This document shows positions 38,001 through 50,194 of a stretch of DNA of 64,000 nt, in pieces. Source of the DNA: Chiloscyllium plagiosum (lineage: Eukaryota); NCBI RefSeq assembly GCF_004010195.1, contig NC_057758.1, positions 525,598-589,597 on the forward strand. Direction: 5' to 3'. The translations under genes were made by a program, and so were the position numbers. The notes beneath the pieces are model-generated. The model did not search any database. It saw nothing but the letters and a program-made list of their open reading frames with translations, and was not told the origin of the DNA. How positions within the stretch are numbered: position 1 is the stretch's first letter; each line of letters begins with the position of its first letter.

Positions 38001-38685
38001 TTCAGTGGATGACGTTTAGTGCTGAAATCACGAAAATAGCTTTGTATGGGTATGGGGCATGGTTGACATGAGGGGCCGTGTTTCGGTTCATTGAGTCTGT
38101 CCTTAACACGCACGTGGACCACACAAAAACCGAAAACTCAAAGTAGGTGCAGTTACGAATCATACAGAGAGCTCAAAACATGCATAAAGACTTCCAGAAC
38201 CCATAGGTTTAGCCCTTGCATCTAGCAATGAAGAAACCTTGGAGTCTGAGATGAATACAGTCGATATTGCAGTCTCAACTCATTTACTGTCTGAAGAAGA
38301 AGACTAATTTCTCCTGAGGCACTCGGGTACAAGAGGCAGGCTATGGTCTGCTACGTGCTACTCATAACAAAAACTGAGTCGGAGGAAGCGACCGCCGTGG
38401 GGAAAAGCCCCAAGAAAAATTCCAAGAAGCGTAAGCCCCAAACGTAGTTATTATAACGATTTGTAGTGATTATAACGAGGTTACACAATTTGCTCTCTCA
38501 GAATATGATTTACTTGCTTGGGGATGTTAACCTAGTCCTGACTGACAGTTATAAACAGGAGTGTCAGTGATTCTCTTCACTCTGGCAGCTGCCTCTATGG
38601 CAGCTGAATCAGTGTCAAGCATTCTGTACATGTAAAAAATGAGCTGACTTGGTGACGGGATGCATCCCGCTGTGGAGTTAATTCA
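35100..38685 (+). mobile_element. Ty3/Gypsy LTR retrotransposon, conventional PR-RT-RH-INT order, decayed
   Basis: 5' LTR end TGTGGAATTATTTCA then GTGGC; gag start MLLFGKLSSFD; LDKYPIP; VSELQSFIGLVNYYGKF; NGPSFPSRQF; 3' LTR 38462-38685 (TGTAG...TTCA). Confidence 0.82.
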
Positions 38686-38689
38686 TGCA

Positions 38690-40310
38690 TGTCCATATTC
38701 CTGCCCTTTCTCACAATCTTCCATTCCCCATCTCTATCAAGAATATATCTTTCTCGGCCTCAAATATACACAAGATCGCGTCCGCCAGAGCTCTCTGCAG
38801 CAAAGTTTTCCAAAGACTCAGTAAGCTCTGAGACAAGACATTCCTCCTCAGCAGAGTGTTCAATTGGCAATCCCAAAATGTGAAACACTGTCCTCTGATA
38901 CTAAACTCTCCTACGAATGTTAAATAGCCTCTCAGCAATTATCCTGTCACTCTCTAAGAACCTTCAATGCTTGAATGAGATCCCCACTCGTTTCTCTCCA
39001 TTACAGTGAATATAAGGAAAAAAGAACAAAGAAAATTTATAGCCAAGGAACAGACCCTTAGGTCCTCCAAGCCTGAGATGATCGAAATGTACTGTCTAAA
39101 CAAGCCGGTCAAATCCTAAGCATCTGTATCCCTCTGCTCCCCTGCTTCTCATGCATCTGTCAAGACGCATCTTAAATGAATCTGCCGTGTCTGCCTCTAA
39201 CACCTCTGCTGGCAACGCGTTCCAGACGCCCACCATCCTCTGTGTGAAGTTCCTGCCGCGAATATCGCCGTTAAGCTTTCCACCTCTCGCCTTGAAAGTG
39301 TGACCTCTCGTTATTGAATCCTTCGCCCTGGGAAAAATCTTGTCTCTATCCACCCTGTCGATACCCTTCATGATTTCGTAAACCTCAATCAGGTCCCCCT
39401 TCAATTTCCTTTATTTCTAATGAAAACAAACCTAACGTACTCAACCCCTCTTCATAGCTATCACCTTCCATACTAGGCAACATCCTCGTAAACCTTCTCT
39501 GCACCCTCTCCAACGCGTCCATTTTGGTAATGCGTCGACCAGAAATGTACACAGTATTCTAAATGCAGCCGAGCCAATGTCTTGCACAATTTTAACATGA
39601 CTTGCCAGCTCTTATACTCAATACCTCGAAACTGAAGGCAAGCATACTATATGCCTTCTTTACCACTCTATCCACCTGTGCAGTAACCTTCAGGGTAAAA
39701 GGGATCTGCACTCCCAGATCTCTCTGCCCTTTAGCTTTTCCCAAGGCTCTTCCATTCATTGTATAATTCACTCGAGAATTAGTCTTGCCTAAACGTCTGG
39801 ATTGAAATCCATCTGCGACTTTTTTGCCCAACTCTCCAGTCCTTATCCACCTAGCTAGAACACCCCACACACTATGTAACTTCACGTACTCCGTTAGTCG
39901 ACCATGGGGAACCTTATCAAATGCCTTACTTAAGTCCATGTATATGACATCAACAGCCCTTCCTTCATCTATCAACTTGGTCACTTCCTCGGAGAACTCT
40001 ATTAAGTTGGTAAGGCAAGACCTCCCCCGCACAAAACCATGTTGCCTCTCACTGATAAGCCCATCTTTTTCTAAATATATCCTATCCCTTACTACACTAT
40101 CCAACAACTTTCTCTACACCGACGTCAGGCTCACTGGTCTTTAGTTATCTGGAATATCCCTACTACCCTTCTTGTACAGGGGGAACAACATGAGCAACCC
40201 TCCAGTCCTCTGGCCCCTCACCTGCATTTAAGGATGCCAAGAAGATATCTGTCAGGGCCCCAGCTACTTCCTGTCTCGCCTCCCTCAGCAACCTAGGATA
40301 GATCCCATCC
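38690..40310 (-). mobile_element. CR1 3' ends: older 38690-39010 and younger 39020-40310
   Basis: QHGFVRGRSCLTNLIEF, YMDLSKAFDKVPH and DSITRGHTFK motifs; tail TTTTCTTTGTTCTTT is the same subfamily as 56745-57935. Confidence 0.9.
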
Positions 40311-41030
40311 CAGGCCCAAACACTCATTTCAGACTATGCAGCGTTTGACTTGTACTTCTTTAAATTTGGTCTATTGCTTTCGTTACTCCCAATATTGTCT
40401 GCTCTCTATTGGAGAGACAAAACGCCCTCTGGGTGATCGCTTTGCTGAGCACCTTCGGTCTCTCCGCAATCAGGTCCCGGACCTTCCCGTGGCTTGCCCA
40501 CTTCAACACACAATCCTGTTCCTATGCCCACATGTCTATCCTTGGCCTGCTGCAAATATTCCAGTGAAACACAACGCAATCTTGAGGAACAGCAGCTCAT
40601 CTTCTGACTAGGCAAGTTACAGCCTGCCAGTCTCAACATTGAATTCAACAACTTCAGATGATTATCCCAACTCGGCTCCTGTGTTTTCATTCTGCTCTAT
40701 AATTTTATTTCATTTTTTAAATATTTTCTTTCACTGTTCTGTACCTCTTATTTCTTGATTGTCTCTCTTTCTCTTGCTCCCCATTCTCTCATCGTCTTTT
40801 TTCTCTCCTCTTTCCCCTTTGCTACCCTTCTCCCCTGTTTTCCATTTTGCCTCTGCTTCACCCATCCCCTAATCCCCCATATATTTTGTCACATAGCACT
40901 GGCTTCAGCCTTGATTATTCACAGCTCCTAATCTCCCTGTAATCTCTCTATGCACTGTCGTTATCATCTCTTTATTGCTTTCTTTGCTTTTGGAGCCATG
41001 ACTCACCTTCTCTCAGACTAGTATAAATAC
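40311..41030 (+). mobile_element. Penelope-like element GIY-YIG/3' fragment
   Basis: VYCFRYSQYCLLSIGETKRPLGDRFAEHL and LGKLQPASLNIEFNNFR, followed by a pyrimidine-rich pLTR ending GTATAAATAC. Confidence 0.82.
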
Positions 41031-41034
41031 AGCT

Positions 41035-41514
41035 TGTGGTCTGTCCAAGTGTATCTCTGTATACATGGTGGCCATGGCAACAGCTGATCTCATGGTCATT
41101 ATCCTCAACATAATGGTGAATTATATTTTTTAGTTATCTTTTTACATTTTCATTTCTGTATCATCCTCATGTCTGCAGTGTTATTGTATTTATGGATGCC
41201 GCTAACAATGAGTTGACTGCTTGGTTCACCCTCTCCTTCACTTTCGATCGGTTTATCGCAATTTGTTGACAGGATTTGAAGATAAGGTATTGCACCAATA
41301 GAATTGCACCGTTGTAGTAACCATCTATGTTGTGGTCTTTTTGAAGGAAATACCGGTTTTTTCCAATTTGAGCCTCAAACAATAATTAACGATGTGCCTT
41401 GGGGCTGCCAGCGAAATTTGGCTTTTTTTCTCTTCACCTGATGTCTGGCTTTGCAGCGCATGGGTCATTTGGTTTCCTTTGGTTCTGATTGCCTTTCTTA
41501 ATTTTTTAACCATG
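41035..41514 (+). pseudogene. GPR139-like GPCR pseudogene fragment (ICL1 to TM5)
   Basis: CGLSKCISVYMVAMATADLMVII; +1 frameshift near 41130; WFTLSFTFDRFIAIC*QDLKIRYCT (TGA at 41267-41269); FEPQTIINDVPWGC; WFPLVLIAFLNFLT. Confidence 0.9.
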
Positions 41515-41532
41515 CAAGTACATGCAGATTTT

Positions 41533-42060
41533 TTTTGTACACTACATTAGTTTTGCTCATGTAGTGTACAAAATCCCATGCAAGGACTGCACAAAACACT
41601 ATATAGGACAAACAGGAAGACAACTAACGATCCGCATCCACGAACATCAACTAGCCACGAAACGACATGACCAGCTATCCCTAGTAGCCACACACACAGA
41701 CGACAAGCAACATGAATTCGACTGGGACAACACTACCTTTACAGGGCAAGTGAAACAAAGAACAGCCAGGGAATTCTTAGAAGCATGACACTCATCCACA
41801 AACTCCATCAACAAACACATAGAGCTGGACCCAAAATACCGGCCACTACAGCGGACAGCTGAAACTGACAACCGGAAGCGGCAGGGACAGGCTACTATAA
41901 ATGCCGGAGGAAACACCACAGAAGCGCTTCACAGGAGGCTCCCAAGCACTGAGGATGTCACCTAGACAGGGGACAAAACGTTTGAAACAAAAACTTCCAG
42001 CTCGGCGAACAGAACCACAGCAACAAGCACCCGAGCTACAAATCTTCTCACAAACTTTGA
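41533..42060 (+). mobile_element. Penelope-like element (second family), 5'-truncated with short inversion
   Basis: VVYKIPCKDCTKHYIGQTGRQLTIRIHEH GIY-YIG; decayed hammerhead core CTGAGGA..GAC-AAAACGTTT at ~41949-41983. Confidence 0.9.
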
Positions 42061-43170
42061 ACGTGAGAACTTCACACAAATATTCAGTCGAGGTTTGAAT
42101 CGATGGCGAGACCATAATACTCTGAAGCAACAATGCTAAGCCCTGTGCCTTACATAACGCTTTTCTGAAAAGTTATTACATAGCTTATTTGGAGTAAACT
42201 ATCTGGGAAACGAAGAAAAATATAAGGCCCACACAGCCCTTCGTAGTATTAAAGGTATGGGCATTAAGTTAACGATCTGCCTTACTGCCTATTCTGTTAC
42301 AGAATAACTGGAAGAAAAAAAAAACACGAAGTGCCAACTTTGGCAAATTGGGAGAGAATAGGGCCCTTTAAAGATCAATGAGGTCGTTTCTGTTTGGAAC
42401 CATTGAGGATCGAAAATTTATTTAGGCTGTTGTCAGAAGCTACAAGTACATGCAGATTTTCATTGACCACAAAATGGCTTTTCAATTTCAAATAACACAA
42501 CAAAATGACTGCAAGTAATTATTTGACTCTGTGAACTTGAACTGACGCTTTGCTAAGTTGGTTGTATTCAGAGATAAGAGAAAACAATGGAGTTTTCGTA
42601 ATATGAACCATAAGACAGAGATTTGGTATTCGAACTAACCTTAAACTGATACCATGACATGACGACATAATGTAATTAAGACCCAATTCCCAGGGAATAT
42701 TTTTGGATTAGCTTGCCGTCAAGCTTGTCATCTTTTTACATTTGATTGGTCTTTTGTTGTAATTAAGGCTGTACTGTTAATAATGTGTAATTTTCGAATG
42801 CAATTGCGCCATTTCTCCATGGAACACAGAAATTGTTTAACCTCCGTTTTGCTGAACAAATCTGCGCCAGACTGCCTTAATTTATTAAACTGGTAACCTT
42901 GATTTAAACAGACCGTACTCCGAGTGATTCTTCTGACCGAAATCGAACCAAGAGGCCTCTTTGGAGGGGTTTAAACCTTCCCCACGGGAGATGGTAAAAA
43001 TAAACAAATTTTAAAAATCGAAATAAACAAAGGGTAGCGAGCTTGGACAAATAAATATTAATGCCTTGAAAACTGTCCACAATACAGAAGAGGAGGTTCC
43101 CGAGGTCTCAACTAATATTATAGTGCATAAATTTCCCAGATTTGATTTGTATTCCACAACATTGTGAGAA

Positions 43171-43183
43171 TGTGTGTGTGTGT

Positions 43184-43233
<50 letters not shown>
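43171..43233. repeat. (TG)n plus 50-nt poly-G run
   Basis: G homopolymer at 43184-43233. Confidence 0.9.
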
Positions 43234-43234
<1 letters not shown>

Positions 43235-43339
43235 GGTACTGCAGAGACTGAGCAGAGATATTTGTGCTGTTCATAGCCAGGATAAGGTGCAGGAGAACTT
43301 GGGGTGAGAGAGGGGGTTGGTTAATATTTTTCATTTATT

Positions 43340-45190
43340 TAAGAAAGGCTTTAAGGAGAGGTCCAGTAACTATAGATCAGTGAATCTAATGTCAGTGATG
43401 TGTAAGCTGTTAGAGGGGATTCGACAGCTGGGATTTAGATATATTTTGAGAGGCATGGACTGGTCAGGTGTAGTCAGCATGGCTTGATGTGTGTAAAATA
43501 GCCTCTCAAAAAACTTGACTGAGTTTGTTTTTGAGGAGTTAACCAAAAAGATTGATGAGACAATGAAGTAGATTTTGTCGACATGAACTTGAGGAAAAAA
43601 GAACATATTTGACAAGTTTCTGCATGATAGATTAGTTAGTAAGTTTCAATCAGAGATTTCATGGAAAGCTCATTAATTGGCACAAAATTGGCTTTACGTA
43701 ATTGTTTGCATTTTCAGACTGGAGGCCTGTGAACAGTATTGTTTGCATAGGAGGTTCTGGGTCCACTGCGGTTTGTCACTTAATTGATTTGAACGAGACT
43801 TCAGGCAGAACTGTCTGTAAGATTGTGAATGACACAAGAATTGATGAGTTAGTCGATTATGAAGAAGGTTATCTAAGATAACAAAGGGGACGTGATCATG
43901 TGGGCCAGTGGGCTGAGTAGTGGCAGATGGAATTCGCGTGATAAGGAGCAGACCTCAAATGTGTAGAGCAGGCTATCTGGGCGTCGCTAGATTGGGGTCA
44001 AGCACGGAGCCGCAAAGGTCAAGCTTTTGTTAGGTGTACAGACCCAGCATGCCAAGGTTCGGAAGGACTGTGGTGTTGCACAGTGAATTATGTTTCCTTA
44101 TTTTCCTACTTTTTATCAGGGAGGACTGGAATGTTTAACTTTTCAATGTTGTTTTCTTTATTATTCTGCTTTATATTGAGATTCAGTGCCTAGTTATCTT
44201 TGTACAATCGATGGTGCCCGAAGTGGCGACTTGTAAACTTTTCATTGTACTCATGTGAGTACATATGACAATAAACATAATTCAATAGGACTGCAGTAGG
44301 GACTGCAAACACTTGAACCCAAGGGTCAAAAGCCGTGGAGCTGGAGAAGCACAACAGGTCCGACATGATCAGAGGAGCAGGAATGTCTACTTTTGGGGCC
44401 TAAAGCCATTATTTCAATTCAAGTACGAGCATTTCATTTCAGTAAAGCGAACAAGGACAGGACATGTCCAGTAAATGATAGAGGTGAGTGTTGTTGAGCA
44501 GAGAGACCTGTGCGTTCAGTTACATAATTCTTTGAAATTGGCGTCACAGGTACATAATTTGCTTTTTTTTCAGAAAAAGATGTTTAGCACGGGGTTTACC
44601 TTCATTGCTCAAACCATTTAGTATCGGAATTGAGACGTCAATTCAGGTTGCTGGATCCACTTTGGGAGAACCGTGTACAGTTCTGACTGTCCTGCAATAA
44701 GATGAATAGTATTAAATTAGAGAGGCTTCAAAGAAAATTTATCAGGATGTTGCATGAATATAAGACCGTTTTAGAGACAGGCTACTTTGGCTCGGAATAT
44801 TTTTCATTGGAGCGTAGGAGGTTGAGGGGTAACCTTGCAGAGGTTTATAAACCATCATGAGGGGCAGAGATAAAGTGAAAAGAAAGCCCTCGGGTGGGAG
44901 AACTCAAATCTAAGGGGCACATTTTGAAGGTGCGAAGACAAGGATTGAGAAGGGACCTGAGGGGTAATTTTTGCACTGAGTGGATGTTTCATATTTGGAA
45001 TGGTCTTTCAGAGGAAGTGCAGAGGCATGTGGAGTTACAACATTTTTAATACATTTGGCAAAGTTACATGATTAGGAAAGGTGAAAAGGGAAATGGCCAA
45101 ACGCAGAAAAATGGGACTGACTTGTTTTGGGAGACTTGTGAGGCCTGGAATAATTGCACTGAAGGGTCTGTTTCTTAGCTGCTTGACTCC
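43340..45190 (+). mobile_element. Old CR1 RT-3' end with nested Rex1-like tail (~43940-44285) and Penelope pLTR scrap (~44300-44410)
   Basis: NYRSVNLMSV, SLKKLDxVCF, QWAE*WQME, ERRRLRGNL motifs and CR1 tail. Confidence 0.7.
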
Positions 45191-45469
45191 ATCTTTTGAA
45201 TAAGTTCCTTTTTAAACTTTTAAGTCGCCACTGAGTGAAAGGAACATCAAGTAACAGAAGACCCTTCCCACTTCAAAAAAATATTTGATAGGTAGAGCAG
45301 TGAACGTTATGAAACCAGTTAGTACATTAACTGTTTGCAAATAAATTGCTCATGGGGGAATTGAAATACCAGATGGAGCTATAAATTCTCATCACAGAAG
45401 GGCCAGTAATTTCAAATACACACGAGAGTGAAGAGAGTGGAGTTAAATTATTGAAATGCTAATCTGCAC

Positions 45470-45575
45470 TAAACGCAAAACAAAAGTGTTGGAAATCACA
45501 GTGGGTCAAGCAGCACCCGTGGAGAGAGAGTACGCCAAAGTTTCGTGCCTGGTCCATTCTTCCTCAGTGCTGAGT
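45470..45575 (-). mobile_element. Penelope pLTR scrap with decayed hammerhead core
   Basis: Minus strand CTGAGGAAGAATGGACCAGGCACGAAAC followed by CTCTCTCCACGGGTGCTGCTTGACCC. Confidence 0.55.
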
Positions 45576-45899
45576 GGAGAGACCTGTTTGTTGTCATTGT
45601 AAGGAACAAAATATCAGTTGTGCTTGTACTGTGAAAGCAAAGTCGAATTTTACATGAGGTTTTAAAAATCAGGATTTTTATTGCCAGGAAAATAATTAAT
45701 CTCACTGGTTAGTGAACGATGAAAGGTCTTCGAATTTAAATATTCAAATGAAAATGAACACAGATGTTCGCTGAAAATTCCTGATTGAAAATGGTTGGGG
45801 CTTGTAATGTTTTCCCGCAGAATCTATTAAATGAAGAATTTGACAATTCACTTGTTATTTTATGCACCCATGACAATGTGATCACTCTCACAAGCACCC

Positions 45900-46745
45900 A
45901 ATTTCACAGATATATACACATATATACGACCACGCATATTAGACTGTCACGCTTATGACTGTGCACTGTCATATACTACCTCACACATATGTATCCATAT
46001 ACTCCCAGTTACAAACATTGTGAGGCACATATACGCTACTACACTTAAACACAGTGTTATACATACACATGTACACTATCAAACATAAACCTGCTGTCTC
46101 ACACACGCAATTACTCATTCATAACACCCATCGATACAGGTAAATATAGTGACTGAGTCCCATACCGATTGAGATGAATCACAGATTTACAGTATTAAAT
46201 GCCCAGCAAAGCATATTAATTTCTTACATATAAATCTTACCGCACATCTTACAGTCATACTACCACACAGGCTTGCATATGATAGTTATCACACACCAGG
46301 TCACTCACATAAGTAATGTAAGATCCATGGGACAGATACAAAGTAGCAGTAACATTAAATGCTTTGAGTTTGAAAGAGTTCCCCTCTCGCTTACAGTTTT
46401 TTCCAAAATCCCCCTCCTACCTTTTCCATGTTCTTTCTTGCAGACTTACCAAGTGTGTCGCTCACACTCTCTTCCTTTCTACTCTGCTCTTCTCAATCTC
46501 ACATTCATATGACAGTCAATATTTCAGCGCCTCAATGTGCCATTGTTTTTCTCGGAGTCTTTCTCCACTCTGTCTCCTGAAATACTCCCTCACCCCAATT
46601 TTATCTTTCATGCTCTCTGTTTCAGCCTCCTTCTGTGTTATTCCACCATCGCAATTTCTCCGTCTCAGTCTCATGCTTCACTTTTCTCTCTGTCTTTTCC
46701 TCGGGCTCTCTCTTTCCAATTCACTATCTCTAACTTTCACCCATT
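45900..46745. repeat. CA-rich then CT-rich low-complexity tracts
   Basis: Decayed (CA)n at 45900-46310 and (CT)n at 46380-46745. Confidence 0.7.
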
Positions 46746-46911
46746 TCACAGTTTCAAATATTATTTCAAATACTCCAACAACGAAGTGCCGTCAGTTCTC
46801 TTTGCATGCGTGATGATAACGCAGAAAAATTCCAAACTCACACCATTGCCTCTTATTATTCCGTGAATAACACGTAGGCAACCCAATGTCACAACATACC
46901 CCATTGCAAGG

Positions 46912-47565
46912 TGTTGTGACATGGGGTACACCACTCTACAAATTTAAAGCAGCAACACGGAAAAGATTCGCCCCGTGCTGTAATCTTTTAAAGTTCGAGA
47001 GGTAAATTACTATCCGAGACATCACTCCTTAAAGTAATACTTAGCAAATTTATTTTTTAACGCCAACTAGAAATTTAGAACCAACAACTATTTACAATTC
47101 TTTTCTTTTCAACGCCTCATTTCCCTCCCACTCTACAATGCTAGTCCGATTAGAAATCCCTAATAAGATTTGCAAAAAGAAAATAATTACGTTTCATAAC
47201 CAGTCAGGTTTACCGAAATTCCTTTCGAGATTCTCTCCAGGTCATCCTCCATGTTCTGCTGCGCACTCCGCACTGACAGTTACCGTTCAGAGAGCTCTTC
47301 AGCGAGCAATCTATATTTGCTGATCTGTGATAGCTCTCTCCGAACTGTTCAAATGTTCGGTTTTTTTTACCCAGACACATCATATTTTTCTTTATTGGGG
47401 CATGATTTTAACTGATTGGCCGAATTTGACTTTGTTTTTGTTGCACTATATGTGTCGAGGAAGTGTTACATTTTTTCTTTATCAGAACACTTTGTGCTGT
47501 GTCAGGCAGTCCTTGCCAGCTTTTCAACTCTCTTAAACGTACAGTACCTCAAAACCTTCACAACA
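46912..47565. mobile_element. Solo LTR (654 bp) of the Gmr1-type family
   Basis: Termini TGTTGTGA...TCACAACA (perfect 8-bp inverted repeat); AAGG TSD at 46908-46911 and 47566-47569; similar to the 6408-7040 LTR. Confidence 0.9.
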
Positions 47566-47687
47566 AAGGGAAGTCGCAATTCATTTCATCACATGCATTT
47601 TTTTGAGCCAAGCTGTGTTCGAAAGAGGGTTTTCGATTATGTCAGACTTATGAAAGCGTGTACTTGCAAATTGAACAAGCAATGTTG

Positions 47688-47990
47688 CGGTGGTGTGGTG
47701 GTCCAGTGGTTATCACTGCTGCCTCACCACACCAGGGACCCATGTTAAATTCCTGCATCGGGCGACTGTCTGTGTGGAGTTTGCACATTTTTTCGTATCT
47801 ATGAAGGTCTGCCGCACAGTCCAAGGATGTGCCGGTCAGATGAATTGGCCATGGGAAATTGCCCATAGTGTCAGGTGCGCAGGTCAGGTGTAAGTGTAAG
47901 GGAGTGATTCTGTGTGGGTGACCCTTTGGAGGGTTGGTGCGGACTTGTAGATTCGAAGGGACTGTTTCCATAATGTAGGGATGCTAATCA
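47688..47990 (+). mobile_element. HE1-type SINE
   Basis: GTGGTCCAGTGGTTATCACTGCTGCCTCAC head, GACTGTCTGTGTGGAGTTTGCACATT core, CR1-like tail. Confidence 0.85.
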
Positions 47991-48089
47991 GGCTCCCAAA
48001 GTTGCTGCTCATATCAGGTCTCCGACAAAGTCCCAAACAGAGTTAGCATCATTGACTGTAACACATCATGCATACCACCCTCAGATAAT

Positions 48090-50190
48090 TGTTATGCTAA
48101 GACACGGTGGTAACGCCACAATACGGTGGTAACGTCTTCCATTAGAAAAAAAAAACAAACGCCCTGAAAAGCTCGCTTTGCCTAGTAATCTGTTAAAATA
48201 TGAGTGACAGAGAATCCCAAATTACATTAGCTAAAGAGAAAAATATCAACTTGCACATTCACTGTAAAAGTGTACATTAAACAATAACTATTCACAACTC
48301 TAAACCAGCCTTTTCTCGTACGTACTTGTTGCCTGCCTCCAAATCGATAACAATATATTGTTCCAATAAAAACCCGTATTAAAATTACATCAACTTCTTT
48401 TAAAAACCACTGTGCCGTTGCCGTTCCGGTGTTCTACTGCCTTCGGCTAGAGATCTCCCTGGGTTATCTTCAGTCTTTTACTAGAAAGACGTTTCATGTG
48501 GAATATATATTTCTGGTAGAGAGTGTTTTTCAATGGTGCATTTTTTTTTTCAAAATAGTAAATTCAAAGGGCCACAACTTAAACTGATTAGTTAGATTCA
48601 AATTGCTGATAAAACAGCAAGCAACTCAGGTATCTATTTCACAACCAAGTGTTAGGTTATTTCAAATTTCCATAACATTGTAAGACTGATAGTCATAAGA
48701 CAGATATTTGTACGGTATGTGTGCAAAACAGCATTCGCTCTGTCTTAAAGGTACAGTATATGCTTTCAAGTTCGTAACACCTCTCCTCTTAAGAAAAAAA
48801 TGGAACATCATAATGAAAAGATGGCTTCATTCTTTTTCTAATTCTTAACACCATTACAATGAAATGCATAGAACATTAGTCTAAGTGTTAATTTCTGCAC
48901 ACACACGTACACAAAAACATTGTTATTTGTTCAATCTCATGAAGAATTTATCCTTTAAATCCGCGATAACACATCTGTTGTTGCATTTTATGAAACGCAA
49001 TATGTAAAATTTGTTAATTTAAAGGCTGCAACATCAGACTTCAACGAAATAATGTCTTATTTCTGTCTTTAAATTGTTCAAAGAATGTGAAATCACTATG
49101 CACACAACTATCTCACATACACTGATCAACACATTAGCACTGAAATTTTGTAAGGTCACAACCAAACACAATAATAACTTTTCGGTGGTAGAGCTTTTTC
49201 TATGGTGGGTGTTGAGTTTCTTTGCAAAGTAGCCAAGCGGCTGTTCAATTCCATCATAATCTACGTGGAAAAGCACAGCTGCAACCCCTGTATCGCCAGA
49301 ATCGACTGCGATGTTGAACACGTTCAAAAGAATTGGTGTAGCTAAAACTGGTGCAGAGTTTAATACTGCGTTTAAATTGTCAAATGTTTCTTGGCATTGC
49401 TGTGTCCACCGAAATGTTGTGTTCTTCTTCAGTAAAGATATTAGCTGTGCCACAAAACTGCTGAAGTTTACAACAAACTTCTGGGAGAAACCACTTAGTC
49501 CTACAAATCAAAGAACCTCTTTTGTCGAGGTTGATCATGTAAATTCCTCGATGGCCTTTCCTTTTGCGTTCTTAGGGGTTATGTGTGTGTGTGTGAATGT
49601 TTGTTTATTTATTTGGTAATTATTGGCTCGTCTTTCTGTTGAAAGTCCATTCGCCTTGCAGTACTAAACATCTCTGCCTGACTCTGTGTCTATTCAGGTT
49701 TTTTTCCTGCACAGTTACATCAACTGGGGTGTTCTCCAATTGAGCCTCAAACCGTTGAACTTTCAATTTAGTTTTTGTTCATGCCGTATCTTATGAAAAT
49801 GGGATTTTGCTACTGCACAGTCTGGAAATTTTCCAATCAATTTGTCTTTCAATCCTCAGTGTCCTTGTCTTTCTTTGGCTTCTCCTCAAAAAGAAGTGTC
49901 CCAAAAACAAAGTGTATATCTGGAACAGACATTCTGACAATGACTCCGAGTATAACTTTCCCAATTTTGTTTTGGCTCTCCAAACTGATGTAACATTGGG
50001 AAACGTAAAGTTTCTCTCCACCTATCCTACCAATTTCCACTTCCACCGGTAAAAGAACGGAAAAAGTGCAAAAACATTCATATATTCCTGCTCAAGACTC
50101 ATGATATTCTGTATCTCTGTAAATAATAACTATGTCCCTTCTCCTCTGGTTCTTTCTGAGTAAACTTTACCAAAGTGGTATTCTGCGAGA
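48090..50190 (-). mobile_element. Gmr1-type element 3' part: protease, deleted RT, RNase H, PPT, 3' LTR (48090-48779)
   Basis: LLKKNTTFRWTQQCQETF...APVLATP...AVDSGDTGVAAVL; PPT 48780-48791; protease VILGVIVRMSVPDIHFVFG at 49850-50050. Confidence 0.82.
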
Positions 50191-50194
50191 GAGA

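Noticed and set aside
43011..43334. Poly-proline ORF and poly-G quadruplex
   Set aside because: Translation of a 50-nt G homopolymer whose length may be a sequencing artefact.
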